From positions 1 to 64,000 of IMG/VR virus record IMGVR_UViG_3300032286_000505: a stretch of DNA of 64,000 nucleotides; one strand, written 5' to 3'. Below, one piece after another: positions 18,213 through 28,804 of the stretch. How positions within the stretch are numbered: position 1 is the first letter of the stretch; the number at the start of each line of letters is the position of its first letter. Under the pieces are notes generated by a model. That model searched no databases and was not told the DNA's origin. It saw nothing but the letters and a program-made list of their open reading frames with translations. The translations under genes and the position numbers were made by a program. Origin of the DNA: a virus (lineage: Duplodnaviria; Heunggongvirae; Uroviricota; Caudoviricetes).

Positions 18213-19295
18213 ATGACTTATTTTATGAAATCAGGTACTCGATTCAATGTTTCTACCAAGGAAGCAATGGATCTACATGAGCGCCTACCTGCTGGTAATT
18301 ACACTGTTAAGTTTGACAAAATGGCTGGGTGCTTTTATCTTGAACAGATTGAATCATTTGAGATCCGAGGCAAGGTCTACGGCGATACTCGCAAACAGAG
18401 CCAGCGTATCCTCAACACTTTTAATGATCGCACAGCATCTACTGGTGTAATGCTTACCGGAGAAAAAGGTTCAGGTAAAACTCTGTTGGCTAAGATGTTG
18501 GCAGTCACTGCCGCAGAAGCCGGAGTTCCGACTATTGTTATTAACGAACCATGGTGCGGCGAAGGATTCAATGCTTTCATGCAGATGATTGAGCAACCCA
18601 CTGTGATCTTGTTTGACGAGTTTGAAAAGGTCTACAGCAAGGATGACCAAGAAAAAATGTTGACCTTACTGGACGGTGTTTACCCCAGTAAGAAACTGTT
18701 CATCTTGACCTGTAACGACAAGTGGCGTATTGATAATCATATGCGTAACCGTCCCGGTCGTATCTTCTACAGTTTGGACTTTAAAGGCCTGGAACAGGAC
18801 TTCATTGTGGAATACTGTGAAGATAATCTAGTGAACAAGACACACATCCAAGGCGTGTGCCGTGTAGCTGCTATGTTCGATCAGTTCAACTTTGACATGC
18901 TAAAGGCATTGGTTGAAGAAATGAATCGCTACAACGAAAGCCCAAGCGAAAGCATGAAGATGCTGAACGCCAAGCCAGAGTTTGGCGGTGACAGCAAGTA
19001 CAAGGTTAGTCTTCAGATCAAAGGGCTAGACATCGATCCAGGGAAGGTTGAACCAGATCACTGGTCTGGCAACCCATTAACAAATCGTGTCTGTATTGAC
19101 TACAAGGTCTACGAGGACGAAAAGGATGACAACGGCGATGATGTCTGGAATTGGGAAGATGCCAGTTTTACTCAAGAAGATCTCAAGCAGATCGATCCGA
19201 CTGCTGGTAAGTTTGTCTTTATTAACGCAGAAGGCGACCGTGTCACTTTGAACCGTGTTAAAGAAAAGTATTACAACTATATGGACGCTTTTTAA
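18213..19295 (+). CDS. AAA+ ATPase
   Basis: Walker A GEKGSGKTLLAKM, Walker B ILFDEFE. Confidence 0.5.
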   Translation: MTYFMKSGTRFNVSTKEAMDLHERLPAGNYTVKFDKMAGCFYLEQIESFEIRGKVYGDTRKQSQRILNTFNDRTASTGVMLTGEKGSGKTLLAKMLAVTAAEAGVPTIVINEPWCGEGFNAFMQMIEQPTVILFDEFEKVYSKDDQEKMLTLLDGVYPSKKLFILTCNDKWRIDNHMRNRPGRIFYSLDFKGLEQDFIVEYCEDNLVNKTHIQGVCRVAAMFDQFNFDMLKALVEEMNRYNESPSESMKMLNAKPEFGGDSKYKVSLQIKGLDIDPGKVEPDHWSGNPLTNRVCIDYKVYEDEKDDNGDDVWNWEDASFTQEDLKQIDPTAGKFVFINAEGDRVTLNRVKEKYYNYMDAF

Positions 19296-19315
19296 TCAGT
19301 ATATAGCTTGAGGAG

Positions 19316-19627
19316 TTGATTTTGAGTAAAGAGGAAGATAAATTCAAACATAGCAAGAGATTGCTCAAAGATGGGAATGCTATTAAAAAGCAAACTAAAA
19401 TTGCCAAACAACATAATTCATTTGCTGATGAAAACAAGGTTTTAAAAGAACCGCATCGACTGGTCAAACACCATGCAATGGATTGTGGTAATCCACAATG
19501 CTTTATGTGTGGCAATCCTCGCAAGACTCATAAGGATAAGCTAACAGCACAAGAGAAACGTCTATTCCAAGACGTTGATGCACATACAGATAAAAAAAGT
19601 AACGGTATTCTTCCTAACGAACCATGA
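19316..19627 (+). CDS. hypothetical basic protein (103 aa)
   Basis: RBS GAGGAG upstream of a TTG/ATG start region. Confidence 0.35.
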   Translation: MILSKEEDKFKHSKRLLKDGNAIKKQTKIAKQHNSFADENKVLKEPHRLVKHHAMDCGNPQCFMCGNPRKTHKDKLTAQEKRLFQDVDAHTDKKSNGILPNEP

Positions 19628-19908
19628 CCAAGAGTATTTTGTCAGCTGATTGTATTAGCAAACTGACTCCTAAAGAGGCTCAAGCGTTTCTACGTAAAGT
19701 AATGGGGCCTCCAAAAAGGACACTTGAAGGAAAAGAACGAGAACAAGTTCTATTATTGTTGGCAATGATGGAACCTTACGAAACTTCAAACAATCAGCAC
19801 AGTTGGACAAGTTGTTATATGATTGGTGATAAAGATTATCATGTAACATCGTTGCCCAACTTTGAGGATATCGTGGATTTAATATTACCCGAAGATATTG
19901 AAGAATAA
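19624..19908 (+). CDS. hypothetical protein (94 aa)
   Basis: ATGA overlap with upstream ORF. Confidence 0.35.
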   Translation: MTKSILSADCISKLTPKEAQAFLRKVMGPPKRTLEGKEREQVLLLLAMMEPYETSNNQHSWTSCYMIGDKDYHVTSLPNFEDIVDLILPEDIEE

Positions 19909-19914
19909 TTGGAT

Positions 19915-19948
19915 AAACCAGTTCTTGACAGGACTGGTTTTTTCTTGT
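19915..19948 (+). terminator. intrinsic terminator hairpin AACCAGTTCTTGACAGGACTGGTT then TTTTCTT
   Basis: Stem-loop with T-tract; the loop carries the -35 of the next promoter. Confidence 0.55.
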
Positions 19949-19954
19949 ATAATA
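19926..19954 (+). promoter_or_regulatory. sigma70 promoter TTGACA-17-TATAAT
   Basis: Perfect consensus. Confidence 0.6.
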
Positions 19955-19987
19955 TATACATACAGACACACTACTGAAAGGTAAAAA

Positions 19988-22159
19988 ATGATTCTCAACA
20001 ATGCTCCAGTTAACGAAGCAGTTGTTTCCAATGTTGGTGAAATTGGCGAGTTCCGTATTCGCAACAGTGCCAAAGCATTCTCTATTTTGAGCTCTGGACT
20101 TTATGCAAACAAAATTCGGGCGATTGTTCGAGAGTTGAGCTGCAATGCTACCGACAGTCATGTTGCCGCTGGCAATACTGCTACTCCTTTTAATGTACAT
20201 CTTCCTAATACATTAGAACCCTATTTTTCCATCCGTGATTACGGTACAGGTCTAAGCCATGAACAAGTTACAAACATTTACACAACATACTTTGAGTCTA
20301 CTAAGACTGATAGCAATGCCTTCATCGGCGCTTTGGGTCTCGGCAGCAAGTCTCCTTTTAGTTATACTGATAACTTCACTGTAACCGCCATCAAAGGCGG
20401 CCGTAAAGGCATCTACACCGCGTTCATTAACGAGTCAGGTGTTCCATCTATTGCAAAGATGATGGAAGAAGCTACAGATGAACCTAGCGGTGTTGAGGTC
20501 AAGTTCAGCGTCAACGAACGCTACGACTTTGACAAGTTCCGTCAAGAAGCTCGAAATGTGTATCGTCACTTTGCTCTCAAACCTGTCATTACAGGCAATG
20601 CAGACTTTACATTTGATCTTATTGATTACGAAAGTCGTGATATTGTTCCCGGCGTCCATGCGCTGAAGAATCAACGCCAAAGCACGGCTGTTATGGGTAA
20701 TATTGCATACCCTATTGATATTCCAGCCGCTGATCAAACTATTGACGCAGATGTTCGTGCACTGTTGGGTTGCGGGTTGGAAATGCACTTTGGCATTGGC
20801 GAGCTGGACTTCCAAGCCAGTCGAGAAGGTTTGAGTTACATTCCGTCGACCATTGCGTCTATCAAAGCCAAGTTGGAACAGGTCAACTCGGCTCTAGCAG
20901 TGGTTATTGCTCGAGAAGCAGATCTCATTGAGAACCTGTGGGATCGTGCTGTGTTCTTATACAAGAAGAAAGAGCACCGACTGTGGACCGCGGCTGTGGC
21001 CAAGTATGCCTTTGACACTAACTTGCCTACTTATAATACTAAACAATACAGCCAAATGGCTCGCTTTGATTTCAAAGTAGAGGACTTGGCTAAAGACTGG
21101 AACATCCAAATTCGTCAACTACGTCAAAACCGCGGTATTAAGACTGTGAATAACGGCAAGTCAACTACCGAATATGCAGATAATCATGCTAAAGATGCCA
21201 ACGGACATTACATCACTTGGCAAGAATGGCAAGTGAATGTTGACGACAGCAGCCACTTCATCGTCAATGATTTGAAGACCGGTGCTGCTGAACGTGCTCG
21301 ATATCACTATCGTGAAACTGGTTGCGATGTTTATGCTCGTACTATCTGGATTTTGGAACGAGCTGACAAGACCAAGGTCATGGATACTGCCGCGTTCTTT
21401 GCCGCTATCCAAGAGCCCCCTACTGCTCGACGCTTTGCCGCAAGTACACTGAAACAACGTGAACGTGAGACTTTGGGCAAGAACGTTACTATCCTAAGCC
21501 TTCAAAAGCGTAACAGTAATAACTATCGCCGCAGTGATGAAGATATGGTTTGGCGTGACGCTGGCAAGGCTAACACGTTTGATAAAACAGCTACCTTCTA
21601 CTATGTTCCGTTGAGTGGTTTTACAATGCAGAGTGCCAAGGGATATTCCAGCGGTGCTGAGCTGTACGATGACGTCAAGGGCTTACCCGGATTGTTCAGT
21701 GGAACTATCTACGGTGTTCGCAAGAGCGATATTGAAGAAATCAAGAAGATGAAGAACTGGATCAACTTTGAAGAGCATGTTGCCGCAACATTGAATGGCA
21801 AAGATACTTCGAAGATTTTGATGAGTTTGGTTAAGAGCCGACTTGATAATGCGGATATTTTGCAGTACAATAAGAGTGTACTGGAACTGATTGATGGCAA
21901 TAGTCCCTACGCCAAAATTGTAGAGACATTTGCCAAAATTGATAAGTTCCAAGGTAACTCTTACAATGTTGAACGCTTGTTCCGTCGCTTTGCACCTTCA
22001 GCTAATCTTAGCCCGGACGCACTGTTGGTCAAGTACAACAATGAAATGAAGTTAGTAGCAAATAGGTATCCACTTTTGAACAAGCTGAACACCTACCGCG
22101 TAGAGGCAAGCGACATTGCCGAGTATGTAAATCTAATTGATGCAAAAAAGGGCATTTAA
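19988..22159 (+). CDS. rIIA-like protein with GHKL/HATPase_c-like N-terminus
   Basis: 723 aa, T4 rIIA size class; LYANKIRAIVRELSCNATDSH resembles the Bergerat-fold N-box (E-x-x-N-A-x-D). Confidence 0.4.
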   Translation: MILNNAPVNEAVVSNVGEIGEFRIRNSAKAFSILSSGLYANKIRAIVRELSCNATDSHVAAGNTATPFNVHLPNTLEPYFSIRDYGTGLSHEQVTNIYTTYFESTKTDSNAFIGALGLGSKSPFSYTDNFTVTAIKGGRKGIYTAFINESGVPSIAKMMEEATDEPSGVEVKFSVNERYDFDKFRQEARNVYRHFALKPVITGNADFTFDLIDYESRDIVPGVHALKNQRQSTAVMGNIAYPIDIPAADQTIDADVRALLGCGLEMHFGIGELDFQASREGLSYIPSTIASIKAKLEQVNSALAVVIAREADLIENLWDRAVFLYKKKEHRLWTAAVAKYAFDTNLPTYNTKQYSQMARFDFKVEDLAKDWNIQIRQLRQNRGIKTVNNGKSTTEYADNHAKDANGHYITWQEWQVNVDDSSHFIVNDLKTGAAERARYHYRETGCDVYARTIWILERADKTKVMDTAAFFAAIQEPPTARRFAASTLKQRERETLGKNVTILSLQKRNSNNYRRSDEDMVWRDAGKANTFDKTATFYYVPLSGFTMQSAKGYSSGAELYDDVKGLPGLFSGTIYGVRKSDIEEIKKMKNWINFEEHVAATLNGKDTSKILMSLVKSRLDNADILQYNKSVLELIDGNSPYAKIVETFAKIDKFQGNSYNVERLFRRFAPSANLSPDALLVKYNNEMKLVANRYPLLNKLNTYRVEASDIAEYVNLIDAKKGI

Positions 22160-22597
22160 ATGAGAGAATTTATTAACATTGTAGAAGGCACGGGTATTAC
22201 TGACAACTGGTTTAAAAATGGCGGATTTGAAACTTACAAAAAGCCTGCCAAAGAAAAATACACTATTGCAGATCAGGATGGAGTCATTCAAACCCTAGAA
22301 GGACCAGTTAATTACAAAAAAGGGTTTTACATCCTTACTGGCCCTAAAGGCGAACAGTATCCTATCCCTCCAGAAAAGTTTCACAGCCTCAAAGACGATT
22401 TAGGTAATGGTATTTGTCAGCCTAAGAAGATTATGAAGGTTGCCAAGTTAGCCGATCATTCCGGATCGGTTGACACTAGTTGGGGAGAGAAGTTACAATA
22501 TAATACCGGAGAAGACTATATCGTCCGTCACGGCTCAAATGACTACGGTGTAGTCAAAAAAGACATTTTTTATCAAACTTATCACACAGGAAATTAA
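22160..22597 (+). CDS. hypothetical protein (145 aa)
   Basis: 1-nt intergenic gap. Confidence 0.4.
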   Translation: MREFINIVEGTGITDNWFKNGGFETYKKPAKEKYTIADQDGVIQTLEGPVNYKKGFYILTGPKGEQYPIPPEKFHSLKDDLGNGICQPKKIMKVAKLADHSGSVDTSWGEKLQYNTGEDYIVRHGSNDYGVVKKDIFYQTYHTGN

Positions 22598-22598
22598 A

Positions 22599-23612
22599 AT
22601 GAGTTATCCGTTTATCCTCCAAGGATCCAATGTTACTGTTGTCATTGACGGCAAGCCACATACGATCTCTAAAACCCACGTCACTTACCAAAAGGTAGTT
22701 GATGCTATCAAAGCACAAGATTGGGACACTGTTAAAAGTATCATCGATCCAGTTAAGGTTGTGTTGAACTACGGTGCTGGCAACATCAGCGTCAAGGGCG
22801 AGCAACTGTTCTGGAAAGGTCAACCTTTTGCAGGTGTACTGGCAAGCCGCATGATTGCTATGTTGCAGGACGGTTTCACTATTGAGCCAATGGTTCTGTT
22901 CATGCATAATCTGATGAAGAACCCAAGCAAGCGTAGTGTCGATGAGCTCTATGGCTTTTTGGAAAAGAACAGTTTGCCGATTACTCCGGATGGTTACTTC
23001 TTGGCTTACAAGAAAGTACGCCGTGACTTCAAAGACATTCACAGTGGTACTATGGACAATAGCCCAGGTACTGTTGTTGAAATGGAACGCAACCAGGTCG
23101 ATGACAACAAGGACCAAACTTGCAGTACTGGTCTGCACTTCTGTGGTTTGAGCTACTTGGATCACTTTGGTGGCAGTGACAGCCGTATTGTTATCGTTAA
23201 GATTGACCCAGCTGATGTAGTATCCATCCCAAGTGACTACAACGGTGCCAAGGGCCGTGCTTGCCGATATGAAGTTATTGGTGAAATGGGTGTCGAAGCA
23301 AAGGATGCTTTTACTGCACCTGTCCAAAGTAATGCTCACGGTACAACCACAGTTCGTGCTCCTGCTCCTGAGCCAAAAGTTAACTACGGGCCGTTTAGCA
23401 AGGGTTACAGTGATGGCTTTTATGACAAAGGCTATAACGACGGTGAGTATCTAACTGACAAGGAATTTCAAGCATACGAAGACGGATTCGATGCTGGTAC
23501 AGAAGATCGTGAAGATGGTACTCCAGAACGCTATCGCTATGAGCCAAAGACTCCTCTAGGCACCGTGTTCAAAGCACAAGGCGGTGATTGGCCTTTTCCA
23601 ACTAACGGATAA
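22599..23612 (+). CDS. hypothetical protein (337 aa); possible rIIB-like by position
   Basis: Only synteny with the rIIA-like gene; no motif. Confidence 0.3.
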   Translation: MSYPFILQGSNVTVVIDGKPHTISKTHVTYQKVVDAIKAQDWDTVKSIIDPVKVVLNYGAGNISVKGEQLFWKGQPFAGVLASRMIAMLQDGFTIEPMVLFMHNLMKNPSKRSVDELYGFLEKNSLPITPDGYFLAYKKVRRDFKDIHSGTMDNSPGTVVEMERNQVDDNKDQTCSTGLHFCGLSYLDHFGGSDSRIVIVKIDPADVVSIPSDYNGAKGRACRYEVIGEMGVEAKDAFTAPVQSNAHGTTTVRAPAPEPKVNYGPFSKGYSDGFYDKGYNDGEYLTDKEFQAYEDGFDAGTEDREDGTPERYRYEPKTPLGTVFKAQGGDWPFPTNG

Positions 23613-23625
23613 ATGATATGATTAA

Positions 23626-23793
23626 ACTTTGGTTTGCATTCGCTATCCTTGCCGTTTTGATACATTTTGGCATTCGTGCCCTGAGAAATATGAACGGTTT
23701 GGAACAACTAGCCTTGACAAAAAGCATAGGCTATAGTATACTTGTATCACTGGCAGCAGTAATGTTGATGGCAGTGTTTGTAATTTTATTTTA
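23626..23793 (+). CDS. small hydrophobic membrane protein (55 aa)
   Basis: Unlisted ORF MIKLWFAFAILAVLIHFG... with two predicted TM segments. Confidence 0.25.
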
Positions 23794-23889
23794 AGGTATT
23801 ATATGATCAATGATCGTTGGCTCAGGCCCTTGTATTTTGTGTTTGGTTTTGTTGTTTGTCTTAATCTTTTTTTGTATGGAGTTATCTAA

Positions 23890-24693
23890 ATGAATCGTTA
23901 TTTTAAACTTGGCATTATTGCCGCCGCAGTTGCATTGACCAGTGCCTGCACTCGTATCGAAACTGGTGAGGTCGGTGTTCGAATTGGATTTGATAAACAG
24001 GTACAGCCAGGTGAACTGTTGCCCGGGTCGTTTAATCAGGTATTGATCGGTGATGTACTTACATTCCCAATCAAAGACGTTAATGTGGCACTGAATGACA
24101 TGACTCCTGTTGCCGCTGACAATTCAACAATGAAAGACTTTGATGCTGTGGTTGTTTATAACATCAACCCACAACAAGTGGCGGAACTGTATTCAACTAA
24201 GAACAAGAGTTTCCACGCCGAGTTCAAAGGCGACACCTATGTGATGTATAACTACATTGTTCAAAATGCTCGTAATGCCATCTACAAGGCAGCACGTAAG
24301 TACGAAGCATTGGACATGGCAGACAAGCGTAGCGAAATGGAAAAGTTCATTCAAGACGAAATCGTTCGTAACTTGGCAGAAGAAAAGTTGGACGGCACTA
24401 TTATGATCAGTCAGGTTTTGATTCGTAATATTGTGCCAGCAGACAGTGTTGTGGCCAGTGCTAACGAATTGGTCAAGGCCAAGAATGAGTTGAAGCAGAA
24501 GGAAATTGAAGTTAAGACTGCCGAAGCTGAATCGCGTCGTATGGCGGCGTTGGCTAACAACTCAACTAGCTCAATTGCGTTTATGCGGGCGCAGGCTGAA
24601 CTTAACATCTCTGAAGGTATTAAGAACGGCAAAGTGCAAACTATTGTTGTGCCAAGTAACATGACTGCATTGGGTAACATCAGCGGTCGATAA
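23890..24693 (+). CDS. lipoprotein with SPFH/band-7-like features
   Basis: Lipobox LTSAC; C-terminal Ala-rich coiled region ending GKVQTIVVP, as in HflK/C-type proteins. Confidence 0.35.
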   Translation: MNRYFKLGIIAAAVALTSACTRIETGEVGVRIGFDKQVQPGELLPGSFNQVLIGDVLTFPIKDVNVALNDMTPVAADNSTMKDFDAVVVYNINPQQVAELYSTKNKSFHAEFKGDTYVMYNYIVQNARNAIYKAARKYEALDMADKRSEMEKFIQDEIVRNLAEEKLDGTIMISQVLIRNIVPADSVVASANELVKAKNELKQKEIEVKTAEAESRRMAALANNSTSSIAFMRAQAELNISEGIKNGKVQTIVVPSNMTALGNISGR

Positions 24694-24736
24694 TTGTTAG
24701 AAACAATCGTTTTAACGATTATGGAAGGGCTGGTTC

Positions 24737-24775
24737 TTTTTGGGCTAGCCCTTTTATTGATTCCTGTAATAGGAA
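24737..24775 (+). terminator. putative terminator (AAGGGCT...AGCCCTT then TTATTG)
   Basis: Imperfect hairpin after the lipoprotein gene. Confidence 0.3.
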
Positions 24776-24805
24776 TTATGTTTGAATTATTAAGGAAGAT
24801 ATAAA

Positions 24806-25366
24806 ATGATTAATATTAAACAATGGATGGAAGTTACTGAGTATCGAATTACCGAAGGCGATACCTATGGTTGGAACTGCTACGGCTACACTGCATATCA
24901 ACTAAGTGCATGGAACGGAATTCACGGCAAGGGTGGCTGGAGCATTGATATAGTGTTTGATACTAAAACTCAAACAGTGTACGAAGTCGGCGTATGTGAT
25001 TACACGCACGATCGAGCGTATCGAATTATCAATCCTGATTACAAATCTGCATATGATGCAGAAGTTAGTCAGCGTGGCGAATTGGGCAATCAAGCATGGG
25101 ATAATGTGGACTACACAGATTTGGAAACTGATGAAGACTGGATCGAAAAGACTCGGGCTATTGTTGCAGGTGAAGATTACGACACTCGTGTTAGTATTCC
25201 ACTTGACTTCACAGACGAAGAACTGCTCAAATATATGAAATTGGCACACGACCGTGATATGACGTTTAATCAGTTTATCGAAGAAGCACTTCGTTCGGCT
25301 CTTGAAGATTACAAGCGTGATCCGGAAGGTACGAAGCAACGTGCCAAAGAGTGGATCAATAGTTGA
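24806..25366 (+). CDS. hypothetical acidic protein (186 aa)
   Basis: RBS AAGGAAGATATAAAATG. Confidence 0.4.
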   Translation: MINIKQWMEVTEYRITEGDTYGWNCYGYTAYQLSAWNGIHGKGGWSIDIVFDTKTQTVYEVGVCDYTHDRAYRIINPDYKSAYDAEVSQRGELGNQAWDNVDYTDLETDEDWIEKTRAIVAGEDYDTRVSIPLDFTDEELLKYMKLAHDRDMTFNQFIEEALRSALEDYKRDPEGTKQRAKEWINS

Positions 25367-25391
25367 CAAAACCTTAAAATTTTGTTATAAT
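25363..25391 (+). promoter_or_regulatory. sigma70 promoter TTGACA-17-TATAAT
   Basis: Perfect consensus. Confidence 0.6.
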
Positions 25392-25410
25392 ATGCTATAG
25401 GAGATTTATA

Positions 25411-25725
25411 ATGAACGCAGAACACACACTTACACAGTTAAAACTTTGGTGCAGTAATCAATCTGGTGATGAACAAATTTGGGCAAACAAAGGAGTTACC
25501 TATCATTGGAACAGAGGTAAAGATACTGCTACTGGTTTGATTAACGGAGTTGTCCGAAAGCTAGCGGGCGTTGATGCTAACGGGTCTAAAATTTGGGTAG
25601 TAGCAGGTAGTCTTAAAATTGACCAAACTGGCACTATTCTTCGATTTACAGGTATTCCTAAAAAAATACAAAAGACCTTTGAATTAGCAGTTCAATCTGT
25701 AGAACTCGAAACTGAAACTGTATGA
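25411..25725 (+). CDS. hypothetical protein (104 aa)
   Basis: RBS GGAGATTTATAATG. Confidence 0.4.
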   Translation: MNAEHTLTQLKLWCSNQSGDEQIWANKGVTYHWNRGKDTATGLINGVVRKLAGVDANGSKIWVVAGSLKIDQTGTILRFTGIPKKIQKTFELAVQSVELETETV

Positions 25726-26012
25726 TTTACTTTAATGTAAACATTCGAAATCCCAAATGGTGTAATCGATTTGACAGCCTTTGGTCCAAGCACGGAAAGA
25801 CTCCGTTCAAACACAAGTTCTGGGAAGTGCAGTTTATGAAGAACTCTGAACTTTTTCGTATTGAGTTTAACTGGACTGTTTGTCAGGACCACGCAGGCGC
25901 ACGTCTTGAATTAGGACTATTTGGTTATCAATTGGATATGAGTTTTACTGATAGTCGCCACTGGAATTATGAAAAAGGTCAGTGGTGTGAATATAATGAA
26001 GAAAAAGGATAG
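25722..26012 (+). CDS. hypothetical Trp-rich protein (96 aa)
   Basis: ATGA overlap. Confidence 0.35.
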   Translation: MIYFNVNIRNPKWCNRFDSLWSKHGKTPFKHKFWEVQFMKNSELFRIEFNWTVCQDHAGARLELGLFGYQLDMSFTDSRHWNYEKGQWCEYNEEKG

Positions 26013-26014
26013 TA

Positions 26015-26296
26015 TTGATGTTTGATTGGTTTAATAAAGGCAAAGAGCCTAGTAACATTGTTCCATTTCCAGAACTTAAAGAAATTCCTAAAATGCCCTA
26101 TATTGTTCCACCAGAACCTAAAGAAGCACCTGCACGTACATACTACCGATTGGGTCGAACTGATAATAATCGAGTTAGTTTACAAATAGGAGTCAACGAG
26201 ATTACAATGAATAAAGAGGGTGTTCAAAATCTTATTGAACAGCTTAATGTGTTTATGAATCAATTATCGGATGAAGATTATGACGATGCATCTTGA
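26015..26296 (+). CDS. hypothetical protein (93 aa)
   Basis: ORF. Confidence 0.35.
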   Translation: MMFDWFNKGKEPSNIVPFPELKEIPKMPYIVPPEPKEAPARTYYRLGRTDNNRVSLQIGVNEITMNKEGVQNLIEQLNVFMNQLSDEDYDDAS

Positions 26297-26672
26297 AGGT
26301 CCTTGGCTCAGTACCACAGGTAAGAAAAAAGGCAAAGTCAAATTCCGCAATGCTGAAGAAGCTCGCAAGGCACGTGAACTAGACGAGTCATGGAATGCTA
26401 TTCAGAAAAAGTGGGGTGTTGAAGCTGAAGATAAAAAACGCAAGCGAGCAATGGCAGCAGAGACATTAACTTACTCCCTGCCCACACCTATTGGTAGAAC
26501 AAATACACATCATATCAAGAGTCTCAATTCCGGCGCAGGGGTTGCTACTCTGTTACCTGCAAAAATATACACTGGTACTAAGGTAAAAGGTATTGCTACT
26601 ATGCATAAATCGAATGCTGTGCCAGTTTTTAGTGATGAAGAAGCAATTGACATTTCGAGGATGCGACGATGA
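26271..26672 (+). CDS. hypothetical basic protein (133 aa)
   Basis: ORF. Confidence 0.35.
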   Translation: MKIMTMHLEGPWLSTTGKKKGKVKFRNAEEARKARELDESWNAIQKKWGVEAEDKKRKRAMAAETLTYSLPTPIGRTNTHHIKSLNSGAGVATLLPAKIYTGTKVKGIATMHKSNAVPVFSDEEAIDISRMRR

Positions 26673-27196
26673 TTACACAATATATTCCAGCCGTTTACAC
26701 TATAGATTTTAAAACTATTGACGACTACACAGATATTATGAGATTCTGTCGTCTGAGAGATATCCAAATCTATGTTTACTGTTTCACATGGAAGGGGCAT
26801 ATATTAAAATACGGCATTCAACATAAGTTTGGCAATGGGGGTAATGATTACGGTGAACGTACATACACACAAGCAGGGCATATGCCAGGCTGGTCTAAAC
26901 CCAATCTCGCCCGAGCACCTTCCACTAAGGTAGATATCGATGAGATGATTAATAAAATAGAGACTACGTTTAACGTTATTTTTGATAAGAATGATGTAGT
27001 ATTGACTATTATGGATTACACTCTTGCTCCCTTTGAAATTGATAATCCTCGTGCCGAATTACAACGTATTGAAGATAAACTAGTTGAGTCTCATGTAACA
27101 AAACACGGATATAGACCTATAGGTAATAAAATCCAAATAATTTCCACCAAAAAGACACCGTTGTTAAGATCTACAGGCCTCTTTAATTGGAAATAA
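26669..27196 (+). CDS. hypothetical protein (175 aa)
   Basis: ATGA overlap. Confidence 0.35.
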   Translation: MITQYIPAVYTIDFKTIDDYTDIMRFCRLRDIQIYVYCFTWKGHILKYGIQHKFGNGGNDYGERTYTQAGHMPGWSKPNLARAPSTKVDIDEMINKIETTFNVIFDKNDVVLTIMDYTLAPFEIDNPRAELQRIEDKLVESHVTKHGYRPIGNKIQIISTKKTPLLRSTGLFNWK

Positions 27197-28392
27197 ATAT
27201 CATTCTTATGAACATAACTTATAGTGAAAAAATCATTGCTTTCTTAGCATTATTATCAGGTCTTAGTATTTCTGCCGTGGCGGTCTACTACTCAGTAGTG
27301 GGTCTTACGGCTATTTTTGCGGCTGCTGCCATTCCCATTATCATTATGGGAGCAGTACTAGAAGTTAGCAAACTGGTCGCCACAGTATGGTTAAAACAAA
27401 ACTGGGCAATTGCTCCGTGGACAGTTAGAGCCTATCTGTTAGCCTCTATTGTTATACTCATGGTGATCACATCAATGGGTATTTTTGGATTCTTAAGTAA
27501 AGCACACAGTGATCAAAGTTTGGTAAGTGGAGATGTACAAAGCAAGATTGCTGTGTATGATGAAAAGATTAAAACAGCAAAGGATAATATAGATGCTAAC
27601 CGTAAGGCGCTTAAACAGATGGATGAGGCTGTGGACCAAGTCATGGCAAGGAGCAGTTCAGAGACGGGTGCGGATAAAGCAGTTGGACTACGCCGCGCAC
27701 AACAAAAAGAACGTACCCGCCTTCAATCTGAGATCTCCGCCGAACAGAAAACTATTGCTGGCCTTACAGAAGAAAGGGCTCCGATTGCCGCAGACGTTCG
27801 AAAGATCGAAGCGGAAGTTGGTCCAATAAAGTATATTGCACAGTTTGTCTACGGTGAAACAGACGCCAACGTATTAGAAAAATCAGTAACATGGGTTATC
27901 ATTCTAATTGTTTCAGTATTTGATCCGCTAGCAGTTATTCTATTATTGTCTAGTCAAATTAGTTTCCAAAATTTCCGCAAGCGAGAGAAAGAATTAGAGG
28001 AGGGTAACAGCCCATCAGGACCGGTTGTTGATGTAGTCTCCCCGGAACCCACTGTTACAGAACAACAAGAGACCACGGAGGGTAACAGCCCTGAAAAGGA
28101 ATCTGACGTAGTCAGCACAGCCACTGTTACATCTATTTTAGCGCAGCATCCGTATCTAAACCAACCGTTTACACATTTTAAAGATCTCAAACCTGTAGTA
28201 TCTACTCCGGAAACTGAAGAAAACGAAGAATGGAAGCGATGGGTTGAGCACGGAGAAATTCCTAATGTAGAAACTCCAAACAACGATCCGTTGTTTATAC
28301 AGAATGAAGAACAGAAGGATAGTCATCTTTGGAGTGAGATAACTCAAGAAGAATATCTAAAGGCTGCACAACAAAGAAAAAACAAAGAATAA
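27187..28392 (+). CDS. membrane protein with long coiled-coil region (401 aa)
   Basis: Two or three N-terminal TM helices, central heptad region, C-terminal acidic tail. Confidence 0.4.
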   Translation: MEINIILMNITYSEKIIAFLALLSGLSISAVAVYYSVVGLTAIFAAAAIPIIIMGAVLEVSKLVATVWLKQNWAIAPWTVRAYLLASIVILMVITSMGIFGFLSKAHSDQSLVSGDVQSKIAVYDEKIKTAKDNIDANRKALKQMDEAVDQVMARSSSETGADKAVGLRRAQQKERTRLQSEISAEQKTIAGLTEERAPIAADVRKIEAEVGPIKYIAQFVYGETDANVLEKSVTWVIILIVSVFDPLAVILLLSSQISFQNFRKREKELEEGNSPSGPVVDVVSPEPTVTEQQETTEGNSPEKESDVVSTATVTSILAQHPYLNQPFTHFKDLKPVVSTPETEENEEWKRWVEHGEIPNVETPNNDPLFIQNEEQKDSHLWSEITQEEYLKAAQQRKNKE

Positions 28393-28393
28393 T

Positions 28394-28804
28394 ATGGACG
28401 GAAGAATAACATTAATTACACCACCGGATATATTTGAAAATAGCAATACCAGTGTATTGTTTGTAAATCTCAGTGAGCCCGATCAAGACATTGTCAGTCG
28501 CTGGTTGTCAGCCAACACAATAACAGAAAACTTAAATTTTTATGTGTATTCGGGAGAGCCCAGCGTTCCTTGGTTTTTACACGCTTCGAGTCGTTGTGAG
28601 CATAAGTATATAGACTTAAATAATTCTAACTATGTTATAAATGCATTAAGCAGCTACATGTTGAGTAAGAGTGGAGTTTACTATAAAGTTGACGATGAAA
28701 ACATCTCTTCAATTTATAGTCATATCAATCCAAATAAAATAACACGTATTGAAACATTTCTCGAAAGGTTGTTAATTGAACAAGGATACAAACCACAGTT
28801 GTGA
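28394..28804 (+). CDS. hypothetical protein (136 aa)
   Basis: ORF. Confidence 0.35.
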   Translation: MDGRITLITPPDIFENSNTSVLFVNLSEPDQDIVSRWLSANTITENLNFYVYSGEPSVPWFLHASSRCEHKYIDLNNSNYVINALSSYMLSKSGVYYKVDDENISSIYSHINPNKITRIETFLERLLIEQGYKPQL

